A stretch of 64,000 nucleotides of DNA from Octopus sinensis (GCF_006345805.1 NC_042998.1:162440001-162504000), one strand, 5' to 3'; counted from the stretch's first letter, positions 27,821 to 41,059 are shown. The notes: generated by a model from the letters alone, not told the origin. Numbers and translations: made by a program.

Positions 27821-28158
27821 TATATACATATATATATACATGCATACACACATATATTGTTCACACGCATAAGCATATAACATATATATATGCACACACA
27901 AGCACACACATGTATATATGCACACATATATATATATATTTACCTAGGTAAATAGCAGTTCTGTGAGTTTCTCTAAGCTATCCGACAACTGCCTTACCTG
28001 CCACCACCACCACTAACTCCAATGCCATATCCATATCTACCCTCTATCCACCCCTGTCATTACCACAGTCACATACCTGTACAGACACACATACACACAC
28101 CTATACACACACACACACACATATGCACACACTTCGGCATGCAAGTTAGTGCTGTAAA

Positions 28159-28189
<31 letters not shown>

Positions 28190-28930
28190 TGCTCTCTCAG
28201 CTATCCTACCTTTACCACTTCCACATCTACCCTCTTCTACCAACCTCTAGCTACCCTTGTCAATTCCTTACCAACATACCAACGATGCAGACTTCCTTTC
28301 TGCATCTTTCCTCCATCCATCCATCCATCCATCCCTTCCCCCTCCCTCACTCCCCCGTCTCCGTAGTACAGCCACCCTACCCTACACCCCTACCTCTAGC
28401 CCTCAGTCTATCCAAGATTACAGAAACCCGGTTACTAATACACACCCGATGTTACAAATTTCTCGGAAGATCGGCTTCCTTGCCTAAAGTTCCAAGATAT
28501 CTGTCTGTATATTGGTGCTGCACTGGTTTAGGTGGTGTGAATACTGCTGATGGTAGTAGTGGTGGTAGTGGTGGTGGTGGTGGTAGTAGTGGTGGTGGTG
28601 GTGGTAGTGTCGGTGCTAGTGATGGTAATTGGGGATGGTGTTTTTGATGGTGGTGGTGTTGGTGGTTAGTAGTCATAATGATTGTTGGTGGTTAGTTTCG
28701 GTTGCAGTAGGTGGTGGGGGTGGGGGAAGGATGCGGCGGCGGCTGTGGTGGTGGTGACGGTGGTGGTGGTGGTGGTGACGACGGTGGTGGTGGTGGTGGT
28801 GGTGGTGAGCAGGATATCAGTCAGAGGTATGCTGGAAGAAGAAGAAGAAGAAGAAGAAGAAGAAGAATGAAAATAGATGGCAAAAAAAAGACAGAAATAA
28901 ATATTGTGAAGCTAAATTCTAAAATGCACC

Positions 28931-28975
<45 letters not shown>

Positions 28976-29296
28976 ACATACACACACAAACACGCATATA
29001 CATACATATGTACATGTATGTATGCATATATGTCCATGCTTTATGTCAGGAACATGTGTATGTCTGTGTATGTTACTACAAGAATGTCCTGTAGACAACG
29101 ATTCTAGAACAAACACAGTTAAGAGAATGCCAAAAGATAGAATGGCACAAGAGCTGCTAGTGAAAGAAAACAGAGGAGACAGCCAGCTTTTCATTGTTGC
29201 TTTGAACTGAACAGCATAGCACACAAATTGGGGAGAAATGTCACATGTTGCCAAACTTAGTTACCATCACTCAGAGACAGAAGCACAAGTTGACAT

Positions 29297-29327
<31 letters not shown>

Positions 29328-29425
29328 ATGAGAGAGAGAGAAAGAGAGAGAGAGAGGGTGGGGGGATAAGCTGCTGTAGTTTATAAGTATTTTGACTTTT
29401 GATTGCTGCAGTAAAAGGTGACATT

Positions 29426-29457
<32 letters not shown>

Positions 29458-30836
29458 ATTGGTTTATTTGTGTTATTTTTTTCTGTCTGTTTCTTTCTTT
29501 TTTTGTTATGTTATTTATTGTGTTACTCTGTTGTTTCTCTTTTATTACCGAATGTCATGGATGTAATTTAGTTTTTAATGTTATTTATACACTTAAAAAT
29601 GAACAAATATTGTCAAAAAACAAAAAAAAAACATAAATAAATAAACATGAAAATAATATCGAATGATGGTGTCTACAAAGTTATCTGCCGAGAAATCTCA
29701 TAACTCTGGCATAAACGTTCATTGTAATTTATATAAGGATGCATGTTCACTCATACCACACATACATGCATACATACAAGCACATGTTCACACACACTCA
29801 CACATTCAAACACACACATGTGTGGTGGTGACGGTGGTGGTGGTGGTGGTGGTATACATGTTTGGGCAAACATACAAAATGTCAGGTTAAACAGATTTTT
29901 CGTTTGTAACAAATTTTAAGAAAATAAAACCTCAAAAGAGATTGACAAAGACAGCCAGGTACTAACAAACTAGATTCCATGACATTTATTTTCAGAGTTA
30001 CAGATGGCCAGTTATTATTAAGTTACTCGTCTATTTAAACTTAAACTTATGAGTTCATCCCTGATATAAGGTGTGTCCTAGATTAAGACATTTAAATTTC
30101 TTTGGCAAAGCTGTTAAAAGGTACTTTGGAAGGGAGCAGTTCACTACCATAAAACATAGAAGCACTGTTACAAGAAGATAACAGAGCAATTCCTTTACTT
30201 TTTTCAGTCATTTGACTGTGGCCAAGCTGGAGTACTGCTTTTAGTTGAGTAAATCGACCCCAGGACTTATTCTTTGTGAGCCTAGTACTAATTCTATTGG
30301 AGTCTTAAGCTGATCTGATTAGTTAGGGGTATGTGAACACAATGGCATCAGTTGTCAAGCAATGGTGGGGCAACAAACACAGATACACAAACATATATAT
30401 ATACAATGGGCTTCTTTCAGTTTCCATCTACCAAATCCACTCACAAGTTTTTGGTTGCCCCAGGACTATAGTAGAAGACACTTGCCCAAGGCACTGTGCA
30501 GTTGAACTGAACCCAGAACCAGGTGCTTGGGAAGCAAGCTTCTTACCACACAGCCATGCCTGTGCCTATGTGAGATTCCTTCAATAAGTTACTGAAGAAA
30601 GGATGGAATCGCTATCTTTTTTTTTATCTCTGATCTTTTAATTGTTTCAGTCATTTGACTGTGGCCATGCTGGGGCACCACCTTGAACTTTTAGTTGCAT
30701 GAATTGACTGCAGTACTTGCTAATTTTTAAAGCCTAATACTTATTCTTTTAGTCTCTTTGTTGAACCACTAAGTTTTGGAGATGTAAACACACCAACACT
30801 GGTTGTCAAGTAATGTGGGAGGGGACACATACATGC

Positions 30837-30888
<52 letters not shown>

Positions 30889-30989
30889 GTCTGTCTGTCT
30901 GCCTGTCTGCCTGTCTGTCTGTCTGTCTGTCTATCTGCCTGTCTGTCTGTCTATCTATCTATATCTGTTTGTCTGTCTCTCTATCTATG

Positions 30990-31147
30990 TGGAGCCATTA
31001 AGTCCTACACATTTTCTTCTCTTTCCATTTCTTTTCCTCTTAATCCTGTCTGTCGAAATGTAAAAGACTCTTCCCTTCTTCCTGAACATTAAACTAATAC
31101 ACCTGTTTGTTGTTCTTTCACCTGTCTTCATCTTTTGTTTTCTGTAA
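30990..31147 (+). mobile_element. Second copy of the CUGUCGA-hammerhead element, stem II deleted
   Basis: CTGTCGA (31050-31056) fused to AATGTAAAAGA; downstream AAACTAATACACCTGTTTGTTG...CACCTGTCTTCATCTTTTG is homologous to the 8512-8800 copy. Confidence 0.6.
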
Positions 31148-31189
31148 ATTTGAACCATATATATATATATATATACACACATATATATA

Positions 31190-31712
31190 AGTAAATAAAT
31201 GGAGTTGAATGCAGGTGTTATTCAAATTCTTTTACTTTTGACATATGTTTCAAAGACAACATTGGTTTTATTCCAAAGGAATAAATGGTGTAAAATAATG
31301 TAATTTTCTCATCAGGAAAGAAAGAGAACCTATCTCAACAAGAAGACATTATAACAATTTTGATGACTGCATAAATAATAAACAGAACGCTATTAATTAT
31401 TTAAAAAAAAAAAACGTTAGTAGATCCGACGTCAAAGGCAGACCCTACGAAGAGAAGGGGTAAAGAAATAATAAGTAGAGAACAAATAAAGAGAGATATA
31501 TTGGTTGAAAAATGTTCAAAGGCATGGAAGTAGATTTCTCTATTGAAGTAAAGTGCAAGGTGAACTAAATGTTCAAACTATAAAGACTGGTAAAAATCAC
31601 TAAAGGTATGTTTCTGCCAGTGCTTACATTTGTAAGATTGCTCTATAAGTGTGTTAACAAGGTGATTCTTAGAGAAGAGAATATGGAAGAGTTCAGAGTG
31701 ATAAATGTTACA
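31190..31712 (-). mobile_element. Penelope-like terminal repeat (ORF C-terminus plus 3' region), inverted relative to the adjacent copy
   Basis: CNIYHSELFHILFSKNHLVNTLIEQSYKCKHWQKH duplicates the C-terminus of the plus-strand ORF; followed by the hammerhead at 31235-31320. Confidence 0.75.
31235..31320 (-). ncRNA. Type I hammerhead ribozyme in the Penelope terminal repeat
   Basis: CTTTC-CTGATGA-long stem II capped by TTATTCC ttt GGAATAA-GAAA-CATATG-TC-AAAAG: palindromic stem III ACATATGT, GUC site at 31242-31240. Confidence 0.7.
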
Positions 31713-31784
31713 AAATAATAATAATGATAATAATAATAATAATAATATAATAATAATAATAATAATAGTAATAACATAGTTTTG

Positions 31785-32143
31785 GTCTCTGAGGACAACC
31801 CCAACAGAATTAAATTTATGTCTAATGATTCTAAGATTAAGAATTCTATATATCAATGTAAAATTTCTTGCAGTACTGATGTCTATTTCTACATTGGCGC
31901 ATCCTCTTCCCAGTTATCTAAGAGAATTTCCAATCATTATTCTTCATTTAGGGATAGTAGTAAACGTTATAGTACAGGGCTAAGTAAATTGGTTTGGTAT
32001 CTTAAAGACAACAATAAGGATTTTAAGTTAGATTGGTTCATCCTGTCCATCTCTTTCCCTTATGGCAAGAGCAAAGGATTTTGTAACATTTGCAACTCTG
32101 AACTCTTCCATATTCTTTTCTCTAAGAATCACCTTGTTAACAC
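31785..32143 (+). mobile_element. Penelope-like element GIY-YIG endonuclease domain (5'-truncated)
   Basis: SIYQCKISCSTDVYFYIGASSSQLSKRISNHYSSFR...STGLSKLVWYLKD...LDWFIL...CNICNSE: GIY...YIG, catalytic R, H and C-x2-C pattern typical of the PLE endonuclease; interrupted by (CATA)n. Confidence 0.85.
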
Positions 32144-32716
32144 ATACATACATACATACATATATACATACATACATCAAAACAGGAGATTGGAAAAATA
32201 TTTTGGTGTTAATGATTCACCATTACTTGTGTTTCATTTGCTAATAGGAGTTTCAAAATCATGCAAATAGGAGAAATGTGTAAGATATCTCCTATTAGAA
32301 ATTCTTCAGACAGAAAATAAAAAAAGATATTTTCGATTCTCTGCTTGTAGAATTTCCAATAGAAGATATCTTATATTTTTCCTTACATATGTCTCTATAT
32401 TCTGAGTTCAAATTCTGCCAAGGTCGACCTTGCTTTTCATCCTCTCGGGGCCGGAAAAACACTGGGGTCAATGTAATCAACTAGTCTCCTCGCCAAAAAT
32501 TTCAGGCCTTGTGCCTATTACCATTATCATTATCATCATCATCATTATAATTATTATTATGGCTGAGGTTGACTTTGCCTTTAATTCTTTTGGGGGCTTC
32601 ATAAAATAAGCACCAGTTGAGCACTACAGCCAATGTAACCAACCCAGTGTTCAACTAGCTTTCTTCCCTAAATTTCAAGCCTCATGACTATTGTAGAAAG
32701 AATCATCATCATCATC

Positions 32717-32750
<34 letters not shown>

Positions 32751-33324
32751 AACTATAAATAACTTTGTTAAATAACATTTCAAGGTGTGTTACATTAGTA
32801 TTTGACTAAATTAGACATTTTGCATGGCATATTTAGCAATTATGTTATTTTTTGAAAGCTTTGCAAATTTGACCTGTATGGAGTCTCCAGTTTCCCATTT
32901 CCTCCCATGCTTGGGTAGTTATGACATCACACTATCAACCCCACATACTCGCTTTCCTTCCTTATTTTTTACATCCTGTCTCTTTCTCTGTCTCCATCAC
33001 CCCCTCTCTCTCTCTCTCTCTCTCTCCCTTCATAATCCATTTGCTTGTGGTTATGTCTACAGAAGATATATTGTAACTTGAACTTTTTTAAATAGGCACA
33101 GCCAAGATGAATCTCACAATATTGTTCCAGCATCTCGGCCCCCACCGCTACCAACATTAGCTTTTGGTAAACAGGGCTGTTTTAGCAGTGTTACTTGGAA
33201 AATTATTGCCAGTAACATCAATGTAGTTGAGTGGCTTCCAGGATATAACATCCAATATGGCATGCTGTTACTGTTGCTGAGAATTACAGCAGTGGCTAGC
33301 AAAAAAATATTAATAAAGATATAT

Positions 33325-33726
33325 AGGCACAGATGTGGCTGTGTGGTAATAAGCTTGTTTCCCAGTCACATGGTTCTGGGTTCAGATCTACTATGCAGCA
33401 CCTTGGCATGTGTCTACTATAGTCTTGGGTCAACCAAAGCCTTTTGAGTGGATTTGGTAGGTGGAAACTGAAAGAATCCTGTCGTATATATATATATATA
33501 TATATATATCTGATTGTGTGTGTATCTCTGTGTATGTATTTGTTCCCCACCACCGCTTGATAACTGGTGTTGGATTGTTTACAATCCCGTAACTTAACAG
33601 TTCAGCAAAAGTGACCGATAGAATAAGTACCAGGTTTAAATAATTAAAGTAGGGTCAATTCTTTCAACTGAAATCTTTTCAAGGCAGTACCCCAGCATGA
33701 CTGCAGTCCAATGACTGACACAAGTA

Positions 33727-33730
<4 letters not shown>
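33325..33730 (+). mobile_element. Family A SINE (older copy)
   Basis: Head, internal (TA)n and tail all present; CpGs mostly decayed. Confidence 0.8.
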
Positions 33731-33768
<38 letters not shown>

Positions 33769-36397
33769 AGTAAGAATGAACACAAATTTATATTACAGTA
33801 CCTACATGCATTTCATAATTATGGTTGTCTAGAACCCTACAATAGGTGTTTCTAGTGCATTTAGATGCTCGACCACAAAGTATCATCAGGTAACCCTTTA
33901 TTGCATTACATTACAGATGCTATATCAAAAGGTATTTTATCATCGTCTTTGAAAACAGGCTGGATTATGATCATTCATGTAGAGCTCTAAATTTAACAGT
34001 AGCAGTTATACATCTATTTGTACACACAATTTTTACAATATATATATCATGGACATGATGATGGTGATGATACTATACATACATACAGATGTAAGTATGC
34101 TATCTGCTGTTATACATAATCATCATGTACATACAGTCTCAGTACTACCATACAGCTTCATTAAACATATATACTATTAATGCCATTAAACTTTAATGAA
34201 CCGATGTCTCTCTCTCCAACAAAATTTCTTGTTTGAGACAGCATTTTCCTCATCTCATGATACACAAACATAACCAAATGTACAATCTTAATTAAATATT
34301 TTTTCCTGATACTAATGCTGACTACCACTAGATATCTTAGTCTCAATATTTTATGTCATGTGCAACTGAGGCACTGTCTGAAACAAAAGCCATGATCACT
34401 GCCCTGTTATCATCACAGGAAGTAATGATAAAAAGCATCAGTATATTTCTATGTAGCCAAAATTTATAACATGATAATATGGTTGATCAACAAGAAATTG
34501 TAGCCAAATCTTCTTCAAATTGCATCTTACTGCTTTAAGAGGGAAGGACTCATTGAATAATATAGTCTTAACTTGTATTCCTTAATCCATCCTGGGTGGT
34601 GCTGTACCATGCATCAAGCTGTTCTTACTTGCCATGTTTGTCTCTCACTGCTAGCCCCTAGTTCAACCCTATTCTTTTACTTGGACTTAGGAGAGTTATA
34701 TTTCAAAGTATTAACCTCTTTTCGTAAAGACTAGCTCGCTACAGGAAATATAAAGGAGCCAAAAGAAAGTGAAAAAAAAAAACTTTTACAGTCCAGAGAC
34801 AAACCTGACAAGCAGAAACAAATAGATGTATGGTGCAACACAATTTGGAATTGATTAAGGACTATAAATTAAAACTATATCATCCAATGAGTTTTTACCT
34901 TTTTAAAACAAGATTTGGCTGCCATTTCTTGTTGATGAATTATATTATTGTTTTATAAATTTTGGTTACATACAATCTCCATGGTTTGAATGTGTGAGGG
35001 ACATAACATGGAATGTAACCTGGTTTTGCATCCTATGTGTAGCTGTTTCACTTCACATTATAATACTAATGTTCTTGGGAAAGGCATGAATATCTTTAAA
35101 AGAGCATATCTACCCTGATTCAAAATAAAATTCTTTTATTAGTCATCATGTCAGCTAAGAGAAAACATGAAAAAACTACTTCCGTATAGCATTGCAAAGA
35201 TAGATACTAGGATATAATCATACAGCAAAGCAGAAATGATGAACAATATAAATCAAAATAACAAAGTCTGTTACTTGGTTCTGTTGTTAATGTTGTTGGT
35301 ATTGTTGCAGTTCATGATATCTTTGTAGTATTGTTTAATGTTATGTGAAAGAAAATAAACCATGTTATATGAACCCTATTTGTCTTCTCTCACTAGACAA
35401 GCTTCTCATCATGCCTTGCAGTTAGTTGAACTCTTCTCCCTCCTGTAAAGAGACATTTTATAGACTTTGTTTCACAAGTACAAAACATGTGTCTGTCTGA
35501 AACGTTTCCTTTTCTTTGTTTTCTCCAAGAAATTATTGTCTTACAACAACATTTCAGAGTAATTTCATTTTTATCTTTGTCTTCTTTTAATGTATGCCTT
35601 AACAAGAAGAAGGAGCTGGTTAAAACTGCTGTATGTTGAACCAAAAACCTTACAGCATTATATTTCAGCCCTCTGTTCTGAATGTATTTAAATCACATTT
35701 GGTTTAACTGCATTCATCTTTTCTTGGGTCAATAAAATAAAGAGCATAAATAAAGAACAGCCTACTCAGTTATATTTACTCCTTCAAACTTTGGTGTATG
35801 CACATAAGTAGAAAAGACAAAACAAAAGAAACTCAATTTTAATGACCAGTGAGAAAGGACTCTTTCTGAGGTCATTTGACTTGTGGAACTAAATTTCTCT
35901 CAAATTGCAGCCAACTGGTTTATATTTTTAAGGGAAGGATAAGTAGTATATTCCTAAAGAGACTATGTTTGAATAATAATAGCTGCAATGACAACAGCTG
36001 AAAAGCCTTTTGTCATATGTTTATTTGACTAGAGGCTAAATATCATCACATAGTTGTTTGATTAGCTTGAAATAGCATCACTTTCAATCACACAACACTG
36101 TCTGGCGAAACTGAACTCTTTAACCCTTTAAGGTCTGTTATCTACGAAACAATATTATTATTGTTTATGTTGCTACTTGGGTTGAAACTAACACAAAGGC
36201 AGCACTGGTTTCATTTGCAATCCTGAAAATAGGAGATTAATCTTTGTACACTTCAGTGTACATGAGGAACATAAGAAAAAAAATGTGCAATTAACTTTTC
36301 TTTATAACAGCAAATGTAATATGTGATTTCTAAAATGGAATGCATAATTATGATGCAACTTCATGAAATTTCAAGCAACAAGTTTCTCCACCTTTTA

Positions 36398-36890
36398 TCA
36401 TATACACATACTCCTGGCACTTGGAACATATATATTCTTGCTGTCATAGTGATAGGCCTCAGATACAGGATCCTTACTGACAAATTTTGAAATTGTCAGG
36501 ACATGGTGATCATCATACCATCTGCAAATCACAATATTATGGTCTTTCTCAACAATCTCATGGATGGATTCATGTTCCTCCTTTCTCATTGCTGATTTTG
36601 TAGGTATAATGCAACTTCTTGATCTATTACTTCTGAGTGTGCCATCAGCAAAAATTCCTTGATATCTAAATCATAGCTTCATGGTTTGCAAGTAGATTAT
36701 CAAAGAAAATCTTATGCTTATCCTTTTCAAGATCCTTTGTAAGGCATTGAACCACATTCTTGCTCTCTCCAAACTCATTTACAAGCTGAACATTTTCAGA
36801 TGGCCTTATGCATCTTTTCCTCACAAAGACTTCAAAATTGTAAATGTAGCCTGACATTCCTGCAAGGCACCATATCCTGTAAATTTGCTT
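36398..36890 (-). pseudogene. piggyBac-type transposase fragment, frameshifted
   Basis: YRIWCLAGMSGYIYNFEVF...GESKNVV...HKIFFDNL...GIFADGTLRSNR...IVICRWYDDHHV matches the piggyBac DDD core motifs. Confidence 0.8.
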
Positions 36891-37338
36891 TGGTTGTGAA
36901 AGTGAAAAAATATAACTTGCAGCAGAAAATGTTGATGATAAAAAAAATCTGCCAAGACTAAGAAATAATTTTTATGAAACCTACATCATCATTCAGGGTT
37001 AATGTATTAGTTGAAAAATCCTACACTCAGAATCAAAAAATATAAAATTCATGATGTGTATTCCTTATTTTCCTGATGTTCATAACTTTTTCATGATCAT
37101 CTACACTCTGATATCAAAGATAAGAAACATATAAATTAGAAAGAATGAACATATCTGAATAAAATCAAATAGAAAGCATAACAAAAATAAGCCTTCACTA
37201 GCCTATACTTTGAGGAAAGATTGCTTGGTTGACTGAAAACTCAGCTCATAGCAATCCCAGTTGAGGCTGCCATCTTGAAAGAACTTCATGAGTATCCCAC
37301 AATGCATTTGATTGTAAACATTAAACTTTGCTGTTGAC

Positions 37339-37563
37339 TTAACCCTTTAGAATTTAAACTGGCCATATCCAGCTAAAATATACTACATGTTTAATGGTCA
37401 AACTGGTTAGATCTGACATCTCACACTTAGCCTAGTATGTCATTTTGAACATAAACAATCACATCATCAAAATCTCAAGACTAAATGATGCAGAATAAAT
37501 TCAAAGCGATGTGAATAAATACGCATCATAGCTGACAGAGTAATCTGAATGCTAAAGGGTTAA
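37339..37563. mobile_element. Uninterrupted TTAA piggyBac-type MITE (225 bp)
   Basis: TTAACCCTTTAG...GCTAAAGGGTTAA. Confidence 0.85.
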
Positions 37564-37908
37564 AGTAAGTCAGCTGAAATTACTGCTTATATGAGACCTG
37601 TTCAAAGAGAGAAGACATCTTAGTTTTGTACACCAGACATTAAAGAGTCAAAGTATAATATTGTTGTAGATACACTGCCTAAAAGAGAAGGAAAAAATAC
37701 CTGGCATGTTCACGGCTTTGATCATAATTCTGCTTGGTTAGGCCAGACCCTGGTAAACAACAACAACAGCAAAAAAGGATAAATTCTCTTAATGAGATTA
37801 AGTGAGACTGTAAGTTATAGTAAAGGAAATAACCTGAATGAACTAAAATAAGGATGTTCATTTTGGTATCAGAACAATGAGAAAAATGTTATATATATAT
37901 ATATATAT

Positions 37909-37943
<35 letters not shown>

Positions 37944-38219
37944 ATGTATATATATATATATTTGTGTGTGTGTGTGTATCATTGCCATCATTATTGACAT
38001 CATCATCATCGTCCTCCTCCACATCATCATCATTTCTAATTTCCCATGCAATTAATTGTGGCAGATTTTCTGTGGCCCATCCTGTTGCCAATCCTTACTT
38101 ACAGCCATGACTTGCTGTCACGGAACATTTGAAATAAATGATACTGTTAATATGACAGTAACACTTCTTTACATATCTCATTTGATATCAAGGTGAGGCA
38201 GAGGCACAAACACACGCAT

Positions 38220-38560
38220 GAAGGTGTGTGGCTGAGTGGTTAGAGTGCTGAGCTTACAATCATGAAGTTGTGAGTTTGATTCCCAGACTGGGCTGTCTGT
38301 TGTGTTTGTGAACAAGATACTTTATTTCACATTGTTCCAGTTCACTCAGCTGTAGAAATGAGTTGCAGTATTACTGGTGGCAAATTGTATTGAACTTTGT
38401 CTTTCTCTTGGATAACATCAGTGGCGTGGAAAGGGAAAGCTGGCACGCATGGGCGACTGCTGATATTCCATAAACAATCTTGCCCAGACTTGTGCCTCGG
38501 AGGGAGAACTTTCTAGGTGCAATCCCATGGTCATTCATGACCGAAGAGGGTCTTTACTTT
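38220..38560 (+). mobile_element. tRNA-derived SINE related to family B
   Basis: TGGCTGAGTGG A box, GAGTTTGATTCCC B box, CTTTATTTCACATTGTTCCAGTTCACTCAGCTG central domain; related copy at about 39338-39530. Confidence 0.7.
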
Positions 38561-39668
38561 ATATGCATACATAAATACATACGTTCATGCACCCATGCAT
38601 ATATATAGATTTATAACGCGTTTTTTTCAGTCAACTTTCAGAACCCAAAACTATATATGGCTGTCAGCTACATATGGGCTGAGTACTGACTGTACTGAGT
38701 GTTGGATTAAATTACTCTGCAGCATATCTTCTGGCTCAGAGTTAACTTTGCATTCATCCCTCTAAGTTAATAAAATATAATCCCAAGTGATGGATCAATT
38801 TAATCAACTAAACCTATTTCCCTAAAATTTCAGGTTTTGTGCCAATATTAAAACAATTATTTTAAGCTGAGTTTTAAGCTGTTAGGCTATAGTGCTTTCC
38901 ATGCTTGCTGTAAGAATTTGATAGTATGATAGCAGACTACTGGGAAAAAGTCATCAATCAAGTTGGACTATAACTGATCCTGGCGTATGTCAGGATGATT
39001 ATGCCTTAGCCAATGATGTGCTGTTGTAAACCGGGTCTGTGGAAATCTAAGTTTTCAGTTAGGAATTTCAGCTTTGATGGCTGAGTCTGGGAATGATGTT
39101 GCATGCAAAAAATGCCCAAATGGTTCCTGAGCTCTGATCTTGCAAAGGATCACTGCGTTTCTTTGGAGATGGTTCATTAATGGTTCTACCTAAGAGACTG
39201 AACTCTTGTTTGGCATCCAATATGATAGCTAGAAGAAACTAGGGAAGGAACACCCAAGCTCTGAGAGTCCTAGTTGTGAATGGTGGAAATTAGGAGTACA
39301 CATGCAAGAAACAGGGAATCTACCCTACCATCTTAGTAAAAGTGAAGGTACATGGCTTAGTGGTAAAGGTGTTGAACTTATGATGATAAGATTGTGTTTC
39401 AGTTTCTGGATTGGGTGATGCATTGTGCTGTGTTCTTGAGCAAAACACTTAATTTCACATTGCTCCAGTCCACTAAGCTGACAAAAATGAGTAATCCTGT
39501 GACAGACTGGTGTCCTATCCAGGTGGAGAATAAACACACACACACATAGTTCAAATTTACAGAAAGCAAAAGAAGAAAACAGGTGAAGGAACAACAAGCA
39601 GGTAGATTAGTTTAATGGTCAAGGAGAATGGAAAAGCCTTTGATATTTTGAACCTACACTCTTCAATA

Positions 39669-39711
<43 letters not shown>

Positions 39712-39713
<2 letters not shown>

Positions 39714-40270
39714 GGGTGAAGTGAATAAAATGTCATCTAAATTACGTAAAAATTAAAACAACACTGACATCTCATTTTTAATAGATTTATTTACCAAAAT
39801 TACAAGGAAATATCTTGAAATATTAAAGGGTAAATTTATCCAATAAAATCGCCACTGACTTCCAGATGACTTCGGAATCTCTTCTGGATGCTCTCCTTGT
39901 TTAAGTTAATGAATGCTGCCATAATCCTTGCTTTCAGTTCATCTTTGTGTTACAAGGCGTTTTGTTGGTCTCTCTCTCAACTGCACCCCACACATAATAA
40001 TCAAGGGAATTGCACTCTGGGGAGTTAGATGGCCAGATGTTAGGTGTGGCATGGTGCAGAGTCCTGTTGCCAGACATAGGGTCGTCTAGTAGCCACCCTC
40101 TTGACCCAGGGTAGCACTACCTCCACTAGGCGTTTGATGTAGGCCTCCGTACTGAGTCTGAGGCCATGTGGGAAGATGAATGGAAGCATAACTTTACCAT
40201 TAATAGTGATCACTCCAAACACCATGATGTTAACTAGATGTTTGATTTTTGATTTTTTGGTCACTCTCAG
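39712..40270 (-). mobile_element. Tc1/mariner (maT/DD37D-like) transposon 3' remnant
   Basis: IMVFGVIT...PFIFPHGLRLSTEAYIK..VEVVLPWVKRVA.RRPYVWQQDSAPCHT, then IWPSNSPECNSLDYYVW...ELKARIMAAF; CAGGGTG terminus beside (TA)n. Confidence 0.85.
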
Positions 40271-41059
40271 TACATGTCCTCAGACTGCATGACCCATTGA
40301 GTCAGACCTGGTCAATAGTTCAACAAACACAGCAACAGCACCAGCAGAACAACTGAACTAAACTTAAACATTTTAAGGGTAAATAAATGTTCCCTAAATT
40401 AATTGGTTAAAAAGGGCTTGAAAATAGGGGATGGTTGTTGACTTTTCCTACATTCCATTGTTGAAATGATTGTACTGCAAATTAATCACTCATCTAAGTA
40501 CAAACCTGGCTTAACTTCAGAGAATTTAGCTGAATGCTGTAAAACAAATGCAAGCTGACAACTAAATCTTATCTCTTAATGTATTGGCTTTCTCACTGAT
40601 ACATACTTGCTTCTTGTTTTACCTTTATTTTAGCTATATGTACAAGTAGTCTGTTGTTGGTCTTTTGGGTAGTTGTGGGTGAGTCTATGCATATGTATGT
40701 TGTGTGTGTGTGTGTGGTCGATTGTGTGGTTGTGTAGGTATGTAAATATATATGTGTTTATTTCAGTGTGTGAATGTGTGAGAATGCTTGTATGTGTATG
40801 CAAGAATATGCTTGTGTGATAGAATATGCTTTTGTGTGTTATGTTCATGCGTGCATGAGGAGAATATGTGCATTTGTATGTGATTATATGTTTGTATGAG
40901 ATAATATCCTTCTGTGTGTGTGTGTGGGTTTGTGAGCATGGTGCATGTGTATGTAAATGTAAACACACACATATATGTGCCTGTGTATGTGTGTGTAAGT
41001 CTATTTGCTCCAGGTAACTTGGCAGCAATATAAAAATTTCAGAGGTTTATTCATTGCAT

